64,000 bases of DNA from Candidatus Poribacteria bacterium. GTDB taxonomy: Bacteria > Poribacteria > WGA-4E > PCPOR2b. This document shows positions 9,281 to 18,252 of the stretch, in pieces. Position numbers and translations under genes: made by a program. The notes below the pieces were generated by a model. It had not been told where the DNA came from, did no database searches, and worked only from the letters and a program-made list of their open reading frames with translations. Location of the stretch: contig OZ242335.1 of assembly GCA_965208425.1 (NCBI GenBank), forward strand, positions 84,586 through 148,585, given 5' to 3'. Position 1 is the stretch's first letter. Each line of letters starts with the position of its first letter.

Positions 9281-10315
9281 CTATAACGTAACCGGCTCCC
9301 CAATCTCCGCTGATCGTTTCACCGCTCGGCAAATTGCTACCGCTTTCATACCCGCTTCGCCACTTGCCCGCGGTTCGCTCCCTGTTTCAATGCACTCGAT
9401 AAAATGCTCAATCTCTGCACGGAAAGAATCAAAATCCGGGTAGTTCTCTTCGTGCAAGGTTTCTGGATCATTCCGGAAGGAATAGTGCAAGGTGTCCACT
9501 CGATCGAACCCGCCTGTTACTTCCGCGACACCATTTTCATTGGCGACGTAGAAATCCTCAAAACTGAACCCACCCATCGAAACCATGCCAGCGTTGACAA
9601 TCCCTATCGCGCCGCCCTTGAAGCGCAGGGTAAACATTGCACAGTCGATCTGCGGTTTCCGGTGGGGTGCAAAGTAGGTTCCACCTTCTGCATAAACCCG
9701 CTCGACATCTCCCATCAGAAAGCCGAGAATGTCCGCCGCGTGCACGGCATTTTCGAGGATAGGTCCACCACCATCGTCCTCTGCCCAGAACCAATCCTTG
9801 TTCGACATCCCCGGATGCGGATACCTGTGGACCATGTACTGAATCGGACCGAATTCGCCTTCCGTCAGTTCCTTCAAACGCAGGAGCGGTGGGATAAATC
9901 GTTTCTTATGCCCAATCTGTAAGACAATACCCGCGGACTTGCACACATCGATCATCTCTTGGCAGTCCGAAACCGTGCTTGCCATCGGCTTCTCGCAAAG
10001 TACGTGGATGCCACGCTCCGCTGCTGCGCGTGTTAAAGCTAGGTGAATCTTCGGCGGGGTACAAATGCTGATTGCCGTCAGATCCTCCGTATCTAGCATC
10101 TCCTCCGCGGAGGTATAACCCTGGACACCGTACTGTGACGCGAAATCGTTTGTAATTTGTGGGACGATGTCACATACGCTGACCAACTCGGCGTCAGGAT
10201 TACCCGCCCACCGATCAACATGGGCGCGACCAACGCCTGCTAATCCAATCACTGCAACTTTGACTGCTCCCAATGTTGAAACATTGGGATTCTTAATAGA
10301 CTGATTGGTAGACAT
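9281..10315 (-). CDS. Gfo/Idh/MocA oxidoreductase whose first 18 codons come from the IS right end
   Basis: Motifs KVAVIGLAGVG, HVLCEKPMA, GGGPILENAVH. ATG at 10315 with a GGAG RBS lies inside the tnpB element end. Confidence 0.88.
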   Translation of the reverse strand: MSTNQSIKNPNVSTLGAVKVAVIGLAGVGRAHVDRWAGNPDAELVSVCDIVPQITNDFASQYGVQGYTSAEEMLDTEDLTAISICTPPKIHLALTRAAAERGIHVLCEKPMASTVSDCQEMIDVCKSAGIVLQIGHKKRFIPPLLRLKELTEGEFGPIQYMVHRYPHPGMSNKDWFWAEDDGGGPILENAVHAADILGFLMGDVERVYAEGGTYFAPHRKPQIDCAMFTLRFKGGAIGIVNAGMVSMGGFSFEDFYVANENGVAEVTGGFDRVDTLHYSFRNDPETLHEENYPDFDSFRAEIEHFIECIETGSEPRASGEAGMKAVAICRAVKRSAEIGEPVTL

Positions 10316-10425
10316 TTTACATCTCCATGCTATTTTCTTGTTTCGACGAGATATGCCACGAAGTGCCGTGGGCTTACCATCTCTCCACCCCGATAAATCG
10401 GGATCTCCCGATAAATCGGGACGTT

Positions 10426-11526
10426 TTACGTCTCCGTGTGTCCCATGGCGACGGTTCTGAGGTTTATTGCAGCGTTTCGGTCTCTGTCTTGTGTATGACC
10501 ACACACACTGCAATGGTACGTCCTATCCGACAAGGACAAGTCGCTATTGACTGTGCCGCAAGTTGAGCAAGTCTTACTGGACGGGTAGAAAGTATCTGCT
10601 TCTACAATTTTAACCCCCATACGTTCTGCCTTGTATTTAAGCATAGATAAGAAACTTGACAATGATGCCTCCGATAATGCCTTTGCAAGTCTATGATTCT
10701 TGAGCATTCCAGCAACATTAAGTGACTCTATCCCGATACGGCTTGCACGATTGACAATAGTTGTTGTTGTCTTGTGTTGAGCGTCTTGTCGAATACAGGT
10801 GATACGGTAATGCAGTTTGGCAAGTTTCGCTTTCGTCTTGTGCCAATTCCGACTGCCTTTTTCCTGTCGGCTTAACTGACGTTGCAACCGTTTTAACTTA
10901 CGCTCATAACGTTTTAAGGCTTTGGGATTCTCGTAGTAGACACCTTCGGAAGTGACTGCAAGATGCTTGATACCTACGTCCACACCAACAGTAGGCAATC
11001 CACGAATCTCTGGAGAGGTATCGTCTATAACGGTGTCTACCAGTATAGAAGCAAACCAACGGTGACCATGCTTAGAGATAACCACCTTGCAGATAGTACC
11101 GAGGTAGCGAAGGGATTGGAACATGCGAACCCAACCAATTTTGGGTAGTTTTATACGATGTCCTTCGACAATAGTTGTGCCTCGACCTGCGTCTGCTTGG
11201 AAACTCTGACCCCGTGAACGCTTCTTGAACTTTGGAAAACGACTCTGACCGGACTTCCATCTCCGTATTGCGTCTTGAAAATTAAAGTAAATCGCATTAT
11301 GAGCAGCACGTTGATTAAGTGCTTTACACCACTCGTATTGCTCATGTTTGACCGAATTAAAACGTTTGTTTAACGCTATATGGCTATACCACTTACCTGC
11401 GTTGAGTCCACGCTTAAAATCAGCAAGCACGTGATTATAGGCAACACGAGCATAGCCACAATGTTGAGCGAATTGTGTCGCTTGGACGTTGTTTGGATCT
11501 AAAGCGATTTTGTGAGTTTTTAACAT
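10426..11526 (-). CDS. tnpB: TnpB RNA-guided endonuclease
   Basis: HTH_OrfB-like N-terminus, GVDVGIK, IGIESLN, CSTC/CSVC, DRDRNAAINL. Confidence 0.95.
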   Translation of the reverse strand: MLKTHKIALDPNNVQATQFAQHCGYARVAYNHVLADFKRGLNAGKWYSHIALNKRFNSVKHEQYEWCKALNQRAAHNAIYFNFQDAIRRWKSGQSRFPKFKKRSRGQSFQADAGRGTTIVEGHRIKLPKIGWVRMFQSLRYLGTICKVVISKHGHRWFASILVDTVIDDTSPEIRGLPTVGVDVGIKHLAVTSEGVYYENPKALKRYERKLKRLQRQLSRQEKGSRNWHKTKAKLAKLHYRITCIRQDAQHKTTTTIVNRASRIGIESLNVAGMLKNHRLAKALSEASLSSFLSMLKYKAERMGVKIVEADTFYPSSKTCSTCGTVNSDLSLSDRTYHCSVCGHTQDRDRNAAINLRTVAMGHTET

Positions 11527-11541
11527 TGGAATTGTCTTTCT

Positions 11542-11616
11542 GTCTTTCGAGACCTATAGTAGTAGGTGTGGGAGACCCTAACGTGCGTTAGGGCTACTAT
11601 TTTCCCACCGAAAGAC
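11542..11616 (-). ncRNA. Pseudoknotted IS605 leader RNA motif, copy 2
   Basis: Stems GTCTTTCG/CGAAAGAC, GTGGGA/TCCCAC, CCCTAAC/GTTAGGG, ACCT/AGGT; pseudoknot ATAGTAG/CTACTAT. Confidence 0.65.
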
Positions 11617-11892
11617 AAACCAAGTAACCATATTTTGCCAACAATATCAAGTTTTTTAACGAAAGCACGATACGACAACGTTTGACCCAACGCTAAGTCC
11701 CGTTTCACGGGATCCCGATGTATCGGGATTGGAAACAGCACCTACCAATTTGGAGTGTCTCATTAATTCTAAAATCTACTATAAATGAAGCCGTGAACGA
11801 ATTGTCCTCACGTTTCACACATCACGTTTCACGCATTATACCCCGTAGTTTAGCAGAGAGGGATTGCAGAGTCAAGATAAACAAAAAGATAA

Positions 11893-12064
11893 GGCTCATG
11901 TAAAAAGAGAGTGCAAAGCACGAAGTGAAGGCCCCCTTTGTACCCCCCTTAATCCCCCCGCCCCGATAAATCGGGATTAAGAAACAAGCAGGGGGAGAGT
12001 AACCCCTGATAAATCAGGATACAAGTGCTTGTGGCTTTGGTTGCACTAATTCTTAACATGAGCG
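11893..12064. mobile_element. MITE family A
   Basis: GGCTCATG...CATGAGCG with 8-bp duplication AAAGATAA. Confidence 0.85.
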
Positions 12065-12151
12065 AAAGATAAAACTTGACAACGCGTAGCGAATTGCATA
12101 AACTAAGGTTTAGCAGCCATTCTGAGTTGTTCGTGGGAGGAGGCACCTACG

Positions 12152-12385
12152 TTGATCTGTCCCAAATGCGGCGGTAAAGTACAAACACTCAAAGACGAAT
12201 CTGCGTTCTGCCTAGATTGCGAGTGGGATAACCTTGATCAAATCCCCCAATCAGGACAACGAGCTGATTGCAGACATCTATGGGTTTTACAGGTAAACCA
12301 AGCCGATGGCACATCACAGTGGTGGTGTGTGCACTGCTCCGAGCGTCGTGATTTTCAGATGGCATTGATGTATTTAAGACCGTAG
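12152..12385 (+). CDS. Small double zinc-ribbon protein
   Basis: GGGAGAGG RBS, TTG start; CPKC..CLDC and C.H..CVHC. Confidence 0.55.
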   Translation: MICPKCGGKVQTLKDESAFCLDCEWDNLDQIPQSGQRADCRHLWVLQVNQADGTSQWWCVHCSERRDFQMALMYLRP

Positions 12386-12418
12386 CATAAACAAATGAGC
12401 AAGCAAGCAAATCATCTT

Positions 12419-12572
12419 GGCTCATGTTAAAAGAAAGTGCAACGCACAAAAAGCGTAAAACGTAATGCGTAAAGCGTAAAAGTGCTTTGTTCATTAGTCC
12501 ATTGGTTCATTCATAAACGATTGAACTCATGGACTCAATCAGTTTCGGTTGCACCATTTCTTTACATGAGCT
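12419..12572. mobile_element. MITE family A variant with different internal cargo
   Basis: GGCTCATGTTAA...TTTACATGAGCT ends; no clear target duplication. Confidence 0.6.
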
Positions 12573-12594
12573 AAGGAAGATAGGGGGACATCCT

Positions 12595-13317
12595 ATGGGT
12601 TTTTCATTGGCGGATAAGGTTGCCATTGTCGTGGGAAGTAGCAGTGGCATGGGGAGAGCAACCGCAGTTACCTTTGCTGAGGTAGGGGCAAAAGTTGTGC
12701 TTGCTGCAAGAAGTGCCGATAAGCTCGCAACATTAGCGGAAGAGATTGGCGAGAATGCCATCGCCTGCCCGACCGATGTGCAAAATTCGGCAGCCGTGGA
12801 TAGGCTCATTGCAACAACATTAGAACACTTTGGACGGATCGATGTGCTCGTCTATGTCACCGGCACAAACATTCCTGAACGGAGTCTTGAAGTTTTATCC
12901 AACGAAACGTGGGATATGATGATCCAGACGAATCTGACCGGAGCGTTTTACTGTACAAAAGCGGTCCTGCCGACGATGCGCGATCAACAAGATGGCTTAA
13001 TTATCTACGTCTCCAGTGGAGCTGTGCAACGTCCCGATACATCTGGCGTCTCCTATCAAGCAACTAAGCACGGGATGGTTGGTCTCGCTCACGGCACATT
13101 CCAAGAAGAGAAAGAGAACGGTATCCGCACCTCAATGCTCTTCCCCGGGTTGACGGATACGCCGCTCGTCCTGCAACGTCCTGTGCCAACCCCACCCGAA
13201 GTCATGGCAAAATCGCTACAACCACAGGATGTCGCCGATGCGTGTCTATTGGTCGCTTCCCTGCCAGCACGCGTTTATGTCCCGGAATTAGTGATGCTAC
13301 CTTCGGGCTTGGCGTAG
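12595..13317 (+). CDS. Short-chain dehydrogenase/reductase
   Basis: Motifs GSSSGMG, FGRIDVLV, YQATK. Confidence 0.92.
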   Translation: MGFSLADKVAIVVGSSSGMGRATAVTFAEVGAKVVLAARSADKLATLAEEIGENAIACPTDVQNSAAVDRLIATTLEHFGRIDVLVYVTGTNIPERSLEVLSNETWDMMIQTNLTGAFYCTKAVLPTMRDQQDGLIIYVSSGAVQRPDTSGVSYQATKHGMVGLAHGTFQEEKENGIRTSMLFPGLTDTPLVLQRPVPTPPEVMAKSLQPQDVADACLLVASLPARVYVPELVMLPSGLA

Positions 13318-13325
13318 TCGGAATC

Positions 13326-15518
13326 ATGCCGTCAACCAATCAAAAATTGCAAATGGTTAAGAGATTTATCTCTGTTCTTATTTTTTCAATTTTCATTCCA
13401 ACAGTCCTCTTCGCTCAAGAAGATCTACTCGTCAAGATTCCCAAAAGTTCCAACCAACACCTCCAGTTTCTCCAAGCGCATCATGGGATCAAGTTACGCT
13501 ATCGCACATCTGATTTTGCTATTATTCAGGTCCCTTTGGGTTCTGGTTCGATTGAGGCAAGTCGAAATGTGTTGACGGAGCTGCCAGATCCACAAGTTCT
13601 AGATACGGTTACGCCCGGTTTCAACCATTACGTCCTCTGGCTCCCTTCGGCGGCAGAGCGAACAGCGATTGAGGCATACGGGGAAATTTTATACCAGTTT
13701 GGGGGTTTTTCCCTGCTCAAGTTGCACGCCAACCTTGAATCTGTCGTGTTAGACCTGCCGGTACATCACCGTGCGAAACTACCCACCAATATTGCGCTGC
13801 CCGAATTTCAGCCGCCCTCGGCTGCTCCGAGTATATCCGCATCGCCCCAGCAGCAATCGCTCATTCAAGGACTGCTCAAGCAAGCGGATGGCGTTCGATG
13901 GCTTTGGCAGACTATCGCCCTCGTCGAGAATGAAGATCTCCAGCGGCCGGGACAATTTTTCCGAAGCCGGTACGCCCTCCGAGTCCGCGACGCCGTTCAG
14001 TTTGATGACAATCCGAAACCCGATCACGCTTGCGATAACTCTGCGGACTACATTGCCCAACAATTTCGCAGCTACGGTCTGGAAGTCGAATTTGATTCTT
14101 TTGACCACCGACGTAGATCTGCGCTTGGGGCGTTGGTAGGAGAGTACGTCATGCGGAATGTGGTGGCGACACTGCCGGGAAAGGGGCCAAACAAAAATCG
14201 AATCTACCTGATGGTGGGACATTATGACAGCATCGCCTCCAAAACCCCCGGTTGGGACGGGGGTTGGAGGCAGCTGGCAGCACCGGGCGCGTCCGATAAT
14301 GCGTCAGGCATCGCCGAAATGCTAGAAACCGCACGTATTCTGAGCCAACAAGATTTCGACTTCACGATTCGATTTATTGCTTTTTCAGGGGAGGAGTTGT
14401 TTCTATTCGGTAGCAAACATTATGTTCAGTTGGTTCAGGAGCGTGGAGACGACATCGCCGGTGTCATGAACTTCGATCTCTTGGGACATGATCCAGACGG
14501 GAACTTGGATATTCATGTGCTTGGCGATGAGCAGTCACAGTGGCTCGTCAACGCTTTTGGGGCCGCTGCGGAACGATACAGATTGCCGATAGATCTACGT
14601 CTAAAAAATGATCCTAGTTTTATCTTCAGTGATCACTCCCCGTTTTGGGACATCGGCATCCCAGCGGTGATGGTGTCGGAGGAATCGTCCCTTGATGCGC
14701 CGGACGAATCAACCGAATATATCCACAGCCAAGAGGATGACTTAACAAAAATCTCGATACCGCTATTGGGGGAATTGGCTATCAAGTTAGCCGTAGCAAC
14801 CCTTGCTGAACTCGCTCGTCCCATCGTTGGATCAGGCGATCCACTGAACCCGGATATCCTCTGGGAATCCGAAGGTATCACCGTCTCCAACCCCGCTCCT
14901 ACCAAAGGGGATGAGGTGATAATCACTGCGGAGGTGACAAACGCGGGACCCGTCCCCGTCGAAAACATCGCAGTACATTTTGTCGTTATCAGTCCTGATG
15001 GAACGTCCGAAACCCTACCCGAACAGAGCGTAGACCTGAGCGTCAATCAACCGCAAACGGTCAGTGATCGCTTCACACCAGCCACTTGGGGCGTATACAC
15101 CCTCCGTGCCCTAGTAAACGACGATACGCGCGTCTTTGAGTCCAATTTCAACAACAATCGGATCGAAACCGAATTGACGGTGGCGAACTCGAATGTAACA
15201 ATCGAAAACATCGTCGCCTATCCGAATCCACTCCGTCTCAACCAGCCAAATGCTGCGCTCAAACTGACTTATACATTGAGTAGCGATGCGGAGGTTGTTA
15301 TCTCCATCTACGACACCGTCGGTGAGCAGGTCCTTGAAAGTGTGTTTCTTGCGGGGGACAACGGCGGTCGATTGGGCGTAAATGACGCTTTTACTTGGGA
15401 GGGCAGGCGGAACTTCTTTGAACTTGTCTCGCCCGGCGTTTACATCTGTCAGATCACTGCAACCGGCGCGGATGGCGAATCGCGGACGGAAGGTACGAAA
15501 ATCGCTGTGATTCGGTAA
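13326..15518 (+). CDS. Secreted M28 aminopeptidase with CARDB and a C-terminal FlgD/T9SS-like domain
   Basis: Signal peptide; GHYDS, GASDNASG, FSGEE, SDHSPF; ESNFNNN CARDB end; YPNP...GVYI tail. Confidence 0.85.
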   Translation: MPSTNQKLQMVKRFISVLIFSIFIPTVLFAQEDLLVKIPKSSNQHLQFLQAHHGIKLRYRTSDFAIIQVPLGSGSIEASRNVLTELPDPQVLDTVTPGFNHYVLWLPSAAERTAIEAYGEILYQFGGFSLLKLHANLESVVLDLPVHHRAKLPTNIALPEFQPPSAAPSISASPQQQSLIQGLLKQADGVRWLWQTIALVENEDLQRPGQFFRSRYALRVRDAVQFDDNPKPDHACDNSADYIAQQFRSYGLEVEFDSFDHRRRSALGALVGEYVMRNVVATLPGKGPNKNRIYLMVGHYDSIASKTPGWDGGWRQLAAPGASDNASGIAEMLETARILSQQDFDFTIRFIAFSGEELFLFGSKHYVQLVQERGDDIAGVMNFDLLGHDPDGNLDIHVLGDEQSQWLVNAFGAAAERYRLPIDLRLKNDPSFIFSDHSPFWDIGIPAVMVSEESSLDAPDESTEYIHSQEDDLTKISIPLLGELAIKLAVATLAELARPIVGSGDPLNPDILWESEGITVSNPAPTKGDEVIITAEVTNAGPVPVENIAVHFVVISPDGTSETLPEQSVDLSVNQPQTVSDRFTPATWGVYTLRALVNDDTRVFESNFNNNRIETELTVANSNVTIENIVAYPNPLRLNQPNAALKLTYTLSSDAEVVISIYDTVGEQVLESVFLAGDNGGRLGVNDAFTWEGRRNFFELVSPGVYICQITATGADGESRTEGTKIAVIR

Positions 15519-15550
15519 GGATAACACTTTCCCAAGACCAATCCAAAAAG

Positions 15551-15639
15551 GTACAAATTATACTTAGGGATCAATGAAACAATAATGGGTTTGGTGTGTG
15601 TAAAAATCAGGGAAAGGTACAAATCATACTTCCTGAAAC
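15551..15639 (+). repeat. Direct repeat with a 66-bp period upstream of cas6 (operator or degenerate CRISPR-like RNA)
   Basis: AAAGGTACAAATYATACTT occurs twice; both units end in TGAAAC. Confidence 0.45.
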
Positions 15640-15668
15640 ACTGGTTTTCATTATATGGAGATGAACCC

Positions 15669-16427
15669 ATGCGAATCAAAATTACATGCGACATAGGCAA
15701 AGGCATCCGTCTACCGATTAACTACAATTACTTTCTCACAGGTGTTATCTATCAATTCCTCAAAGAATCCGACCCCGAATATGCGAATTTCCTTCACCAA
15801 GATGGCTATGAAGTTGAGAATCGGCGTTTCAAACTGTTTACCTTCTCTCAACTGATGGCAAAGCGAAAGATTCAAAACGACCAGATTCACTTCCATTCAC
15901 CCCTGACATGGTACATCTCCTCATCTCAGGAACCGTTTCTGCAAAACTTCGCCGCCTCCCTGATGCAAACAGGGATTCTACAGATTGAACGGCACAGACT
16001 TCGGGTGCAGGATGTGGAGGTATTGCGCCAACCCCGCTTTGGACCGCAGATGACCTTTCGGTGCCTCTCACCGATTACCATGTCCACTAAACGCGAGCGA
16101 GGCGACCGACTCGACACATACTATTGCCTGCCCAATGATCCACAGTTTTCCGAGTTGGTTCGGCAGAACCTGATTCGGAAATACGAAGCGGTGTACCAAC
16201 AACCACCGACGGAGAAATCGTTTGCGATGACCTTTGATCAGGCGTACATTGACAAAAACGAGGGGCGTGTAACCCGCTTAGTTGATTTCAAAGGCACCAA
16301 AATTCGCGGCATCCTTTCTCCGTTTCATATTATCGGTTCCCCGGAGTTAATTCACATCGGCTATGAGTGCGGCTTCGGAGATAAAAATAGCATGGGATTT
16401 GGGATGGTAGAGATTTTAAGTCAATAA
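15669..16427 (+). CDS. cas6: CRISPR endoribonuclease Cas6
   Basis: LH..GY....FKLFTFS motif and C-terminal G-loop GFGDKNSMGFG. Confidence 0.95.
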   Translation: MRIKITCDIGKGIRLPINYNYFLTGVIYQFLKESDPEYANFLHQDGYEVENRRFKLFTFSQLMAKRKIQNDQIHFHSPLTWYISSSQEPFLQNFAASLMQTGILQIERHRLRVQDVEVLRQPRFGPQMTFRCLSPITMSTKRERGDRLDTYYCLPNDPQFSELVRQNLIRKYEAVYQQPPTEKSFAMTFDQAYIDKNEGRVTRLVDFKGTKIRGILSPFHIIGSPELIHIGYECGFGDKNSMGFGMVEILSQ

Positions 16428-16441
16428 ATACGAAAAGTATG

Positions 16442-16470
16442 TTGACTTAACGCTTGTGGGGTGATATACT
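16442..16470 (+). promoter_or_regulatory. sigma70-like promoter for the cas8 operon
   Basis: TTGACT, an 18-nt spacer ending in TGA, then TATACT (extended -10). Confidence 0.55.
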
Positions 16471-16500
16471 TTGGATTCAGTGTTCGTGGAAGGAGAAGGG

Positions 16501-18252
16501 ATGAAAATGGAAACACAACTTGAATTATCAATGACTGACCAACAATCAGACTCGTCCGAAGCAAAATTGACGTTATCACTAACAGGAAACCCGTGGACAG
16601 ATTTTGGGATTGTTAGTCTCTGCGAGGAATTGCGGATAAGTGACCCGTTGTTCTTAGCTGAGGAACCGTTCCTGACAGAAAACGAGGCAACAATTACAAT
16701 TGATGTTTCAAACATCAAGACAGTCGAAACTTGGTTCAATAATATGCTGAGAAGCCGATGGAATCAGATTTATTGGTTGAGCCGAGTCGGAAAGATACTA
16801 CCAGATCGGTCTTTGACGTATGATGCGGAAGGGTTCGTCACGACTGATGAGAAAACACAGATTACAGAAGGTGAAAAAGCGCAAATTAAGGAATCATCTC
16901 CCCAGACGCAGGTAAAAGATGAAATGCCGATTGCACAAGCACGATTGAGTTTCATCGGGATGCCTGCAAATGCTCAAAAAATTAAGCGAGACCGGGAAAC
17001 GATAGTCCGAAACTTTGTAAAAAATTGGATTCTGCCCCAAGGAACGAAGAAGTGCGAAATCTCCGGGCGACCGAGTGAGAAACTCGAAAAAGTGCTTCAA
17101 ATGGTAAATCCGTTTTCAAACAAGCACCACAACATCAAAATTCGTGGTTTTCTCGGCAGCAACAGCAATTTTGAGGTGGGGCCAATTCTCCACTTCATCC
17201 AACTTTGCATGACATTAGAGCCGCATATTCCGTTTGTTTACAATCCGTCTGCAAAACCTGACCCTACAACATTCTTGATACTACCTGAAATTGCGAACCT
17301 CTCACTTTTAGCACAGGTTTATGCGAGATTGCGGATGAATCTCAAGGATATAAGTGATAGACGAGAAATTGCGACATCAACGAATCTGCGCGCAATTCGT
17401 CGGGCATCAGATACCTACTCACTTGCAATTACACTGTTTCATAACATCTTCTATCGGTTCACAGTGGCAGATGAAATTGATAACGATGGCTCTTGGGATT
17501 TTGCACCATTGGGTGAGCCTGAGCAAATTCGCAGGCAAGTGACTCAATGGGTGATTATCCCATTTGCAAAAACACGACAAAATATCCGCTTTGGAAATTT
17601 CCACACTGTAGAAGTTGACCATCGGCTCTACGATTTCATTCGCCCTATTCCATTTAACGATGGCAATGATATCCGTCTGGTGCCAGATATTTTGAGTTGT
17701 ACCGAATATAGTGCACCCGGCGGCGAAAATGCAATTCGGCATTTGAATCAAGCAATTGTGACAAGTGACCCCCGCTTGATGAAGGTCGCGATTTTTGAGC
17801 TCTGGAAGCACACCGATGCAATCAATTTTCGTCCGCAAAAAGGGAGACCCCATCCGGTGCGCCTATTGCGGCATTTCATTCAACATTTCTTGGAGGTGAA
17901 TACTGTGTTAAATGAAGATTTACGTGAAGACCTACGTGCATTGGGAAACACGGTAGGACAAATTTTCAACAGCGATGTCACGTTGATCAGCAAACTGTAT
18001 AATATTTCCAGTGAGAATGCGTTCCATTCTGTACTGAATCAGGTTTTGTTCCGATTGTACAAAGTGAGTACAGGTGACGCGGCGAAAGAACTTTTGCCGC
18101 TCAGACAGGAACGAATTCGTCGTATCTTAGACGAAACGTCACCCGAAAATTGGAAGGAGATGGCAGAGACACTTTCAACTTTCGTGAGTCTGTCTGCCTT
18201 TAACGCTAACGTTTTTGAATCTAAACCACAAAGCAATGGAGAAACACAATGA
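16501..18252 (+). CDS. cas8: Type I-B large subunit, Cas8 (Cas8a1/Cst1-like, divergent)
   Basis: Lies between cas6 and cas7; N-terminal TGNPWTDFGI; CEISG remnant zinc motif; helical C-terminus. Confidence 0.75.
   Translation: MKMETQLELSMTDQQSDSSEAKLTLSLTGNPWTDFGIVSLCEELRISDPLFLAEEPFLTENEATITIDVSNIKTVETWFNNMLRSRWNQIYWLSRVGKILPDRSLTYDAEGFVTTDEKTQITEGEKAQIKESSPQTQVKDEMPIAQARLSFIGMPANAQKIKRDRETIVRNFVKNWILPQGTKKCEISGRPSEKLEKVLQMVNPFSNKHHNIKIRGFLGSNSNFEVGPILHFIQLCMTLEPHIPFVYNPSAKPDPTTFLILPEIANLSLLAQVYARLRMNLKDISDRREIATSTNLRAIRRASDTYSLAITLFHNIFYRFTVADEIDNDGSWDFAPLGEPEQIRRQVTQWVIIPFAKTRQNIRFGNFHTVEVDHRLYDFIRPIPFNDGNDIRLVPDILSCTEYSAPGGENAIRHLNQAIVTSDPRLMKVAIFELWKHTDAINFRPQKGRPHPVRLLRHFIQHFLEVNTVLNEDLREDLRALGNTVGQIFNSDVTLISKLYNISSENAFHSVLNQVLFRLYKVSTGDAAKELLPLRQERIRRILDETSPENWKEMAETLSTFVSLSAFNANVFESKPQSNGETQ
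17905..18252 (+). CDS. cas11: Putative Cas11 small subunit translated from an internal start in cas8
   Basis: GGAGGTG at 17892, then an in-frame GTG at 17905, giving a 115-aa helical product. Confidence 0.6.
   Translation: MLNEDLREDLRALGNTVGQIFNSDVTLISKLYNISSENAFHSVLNQVLFRLYKVSTGDAAKELLPLRQERIRRILDETSPENWKEMAETLSTFVSLSAFNANVFESKPQSNGETQ

Larger units (their letters stand above)
10260..11730 (-). mobile_element. IS200/IS605-family tnpB-only (IS1341-like) element with a damaged left end
   Basis: Right end GAAT-CCCAATGTTTCAACATTGGG-AGCAGTCAA ends at 10260. The left hairpin half TTAGCGTTGGGTCAAAC matches the left end of the 46157 element but is fused to palindromes and a family-B repeat. Confidence 0.85.

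Noticed and set aside
10316-10513. Longer N-terminus of the 410-aa oxidoreductase ORF
   Set aside because: It overlaps the tnpB end and omegaRNA and includes palindrome-derived PDLSG repeats. The RBS-supported start is 10315.
10426-11526. Catalytically dead TnpB (TldR-like) or Cas12 linked to the array
   Set aside because: All three RuvC acidic residues are present in each TnpB, they lie within IS ends, and the array belongs to the type I-B locus.
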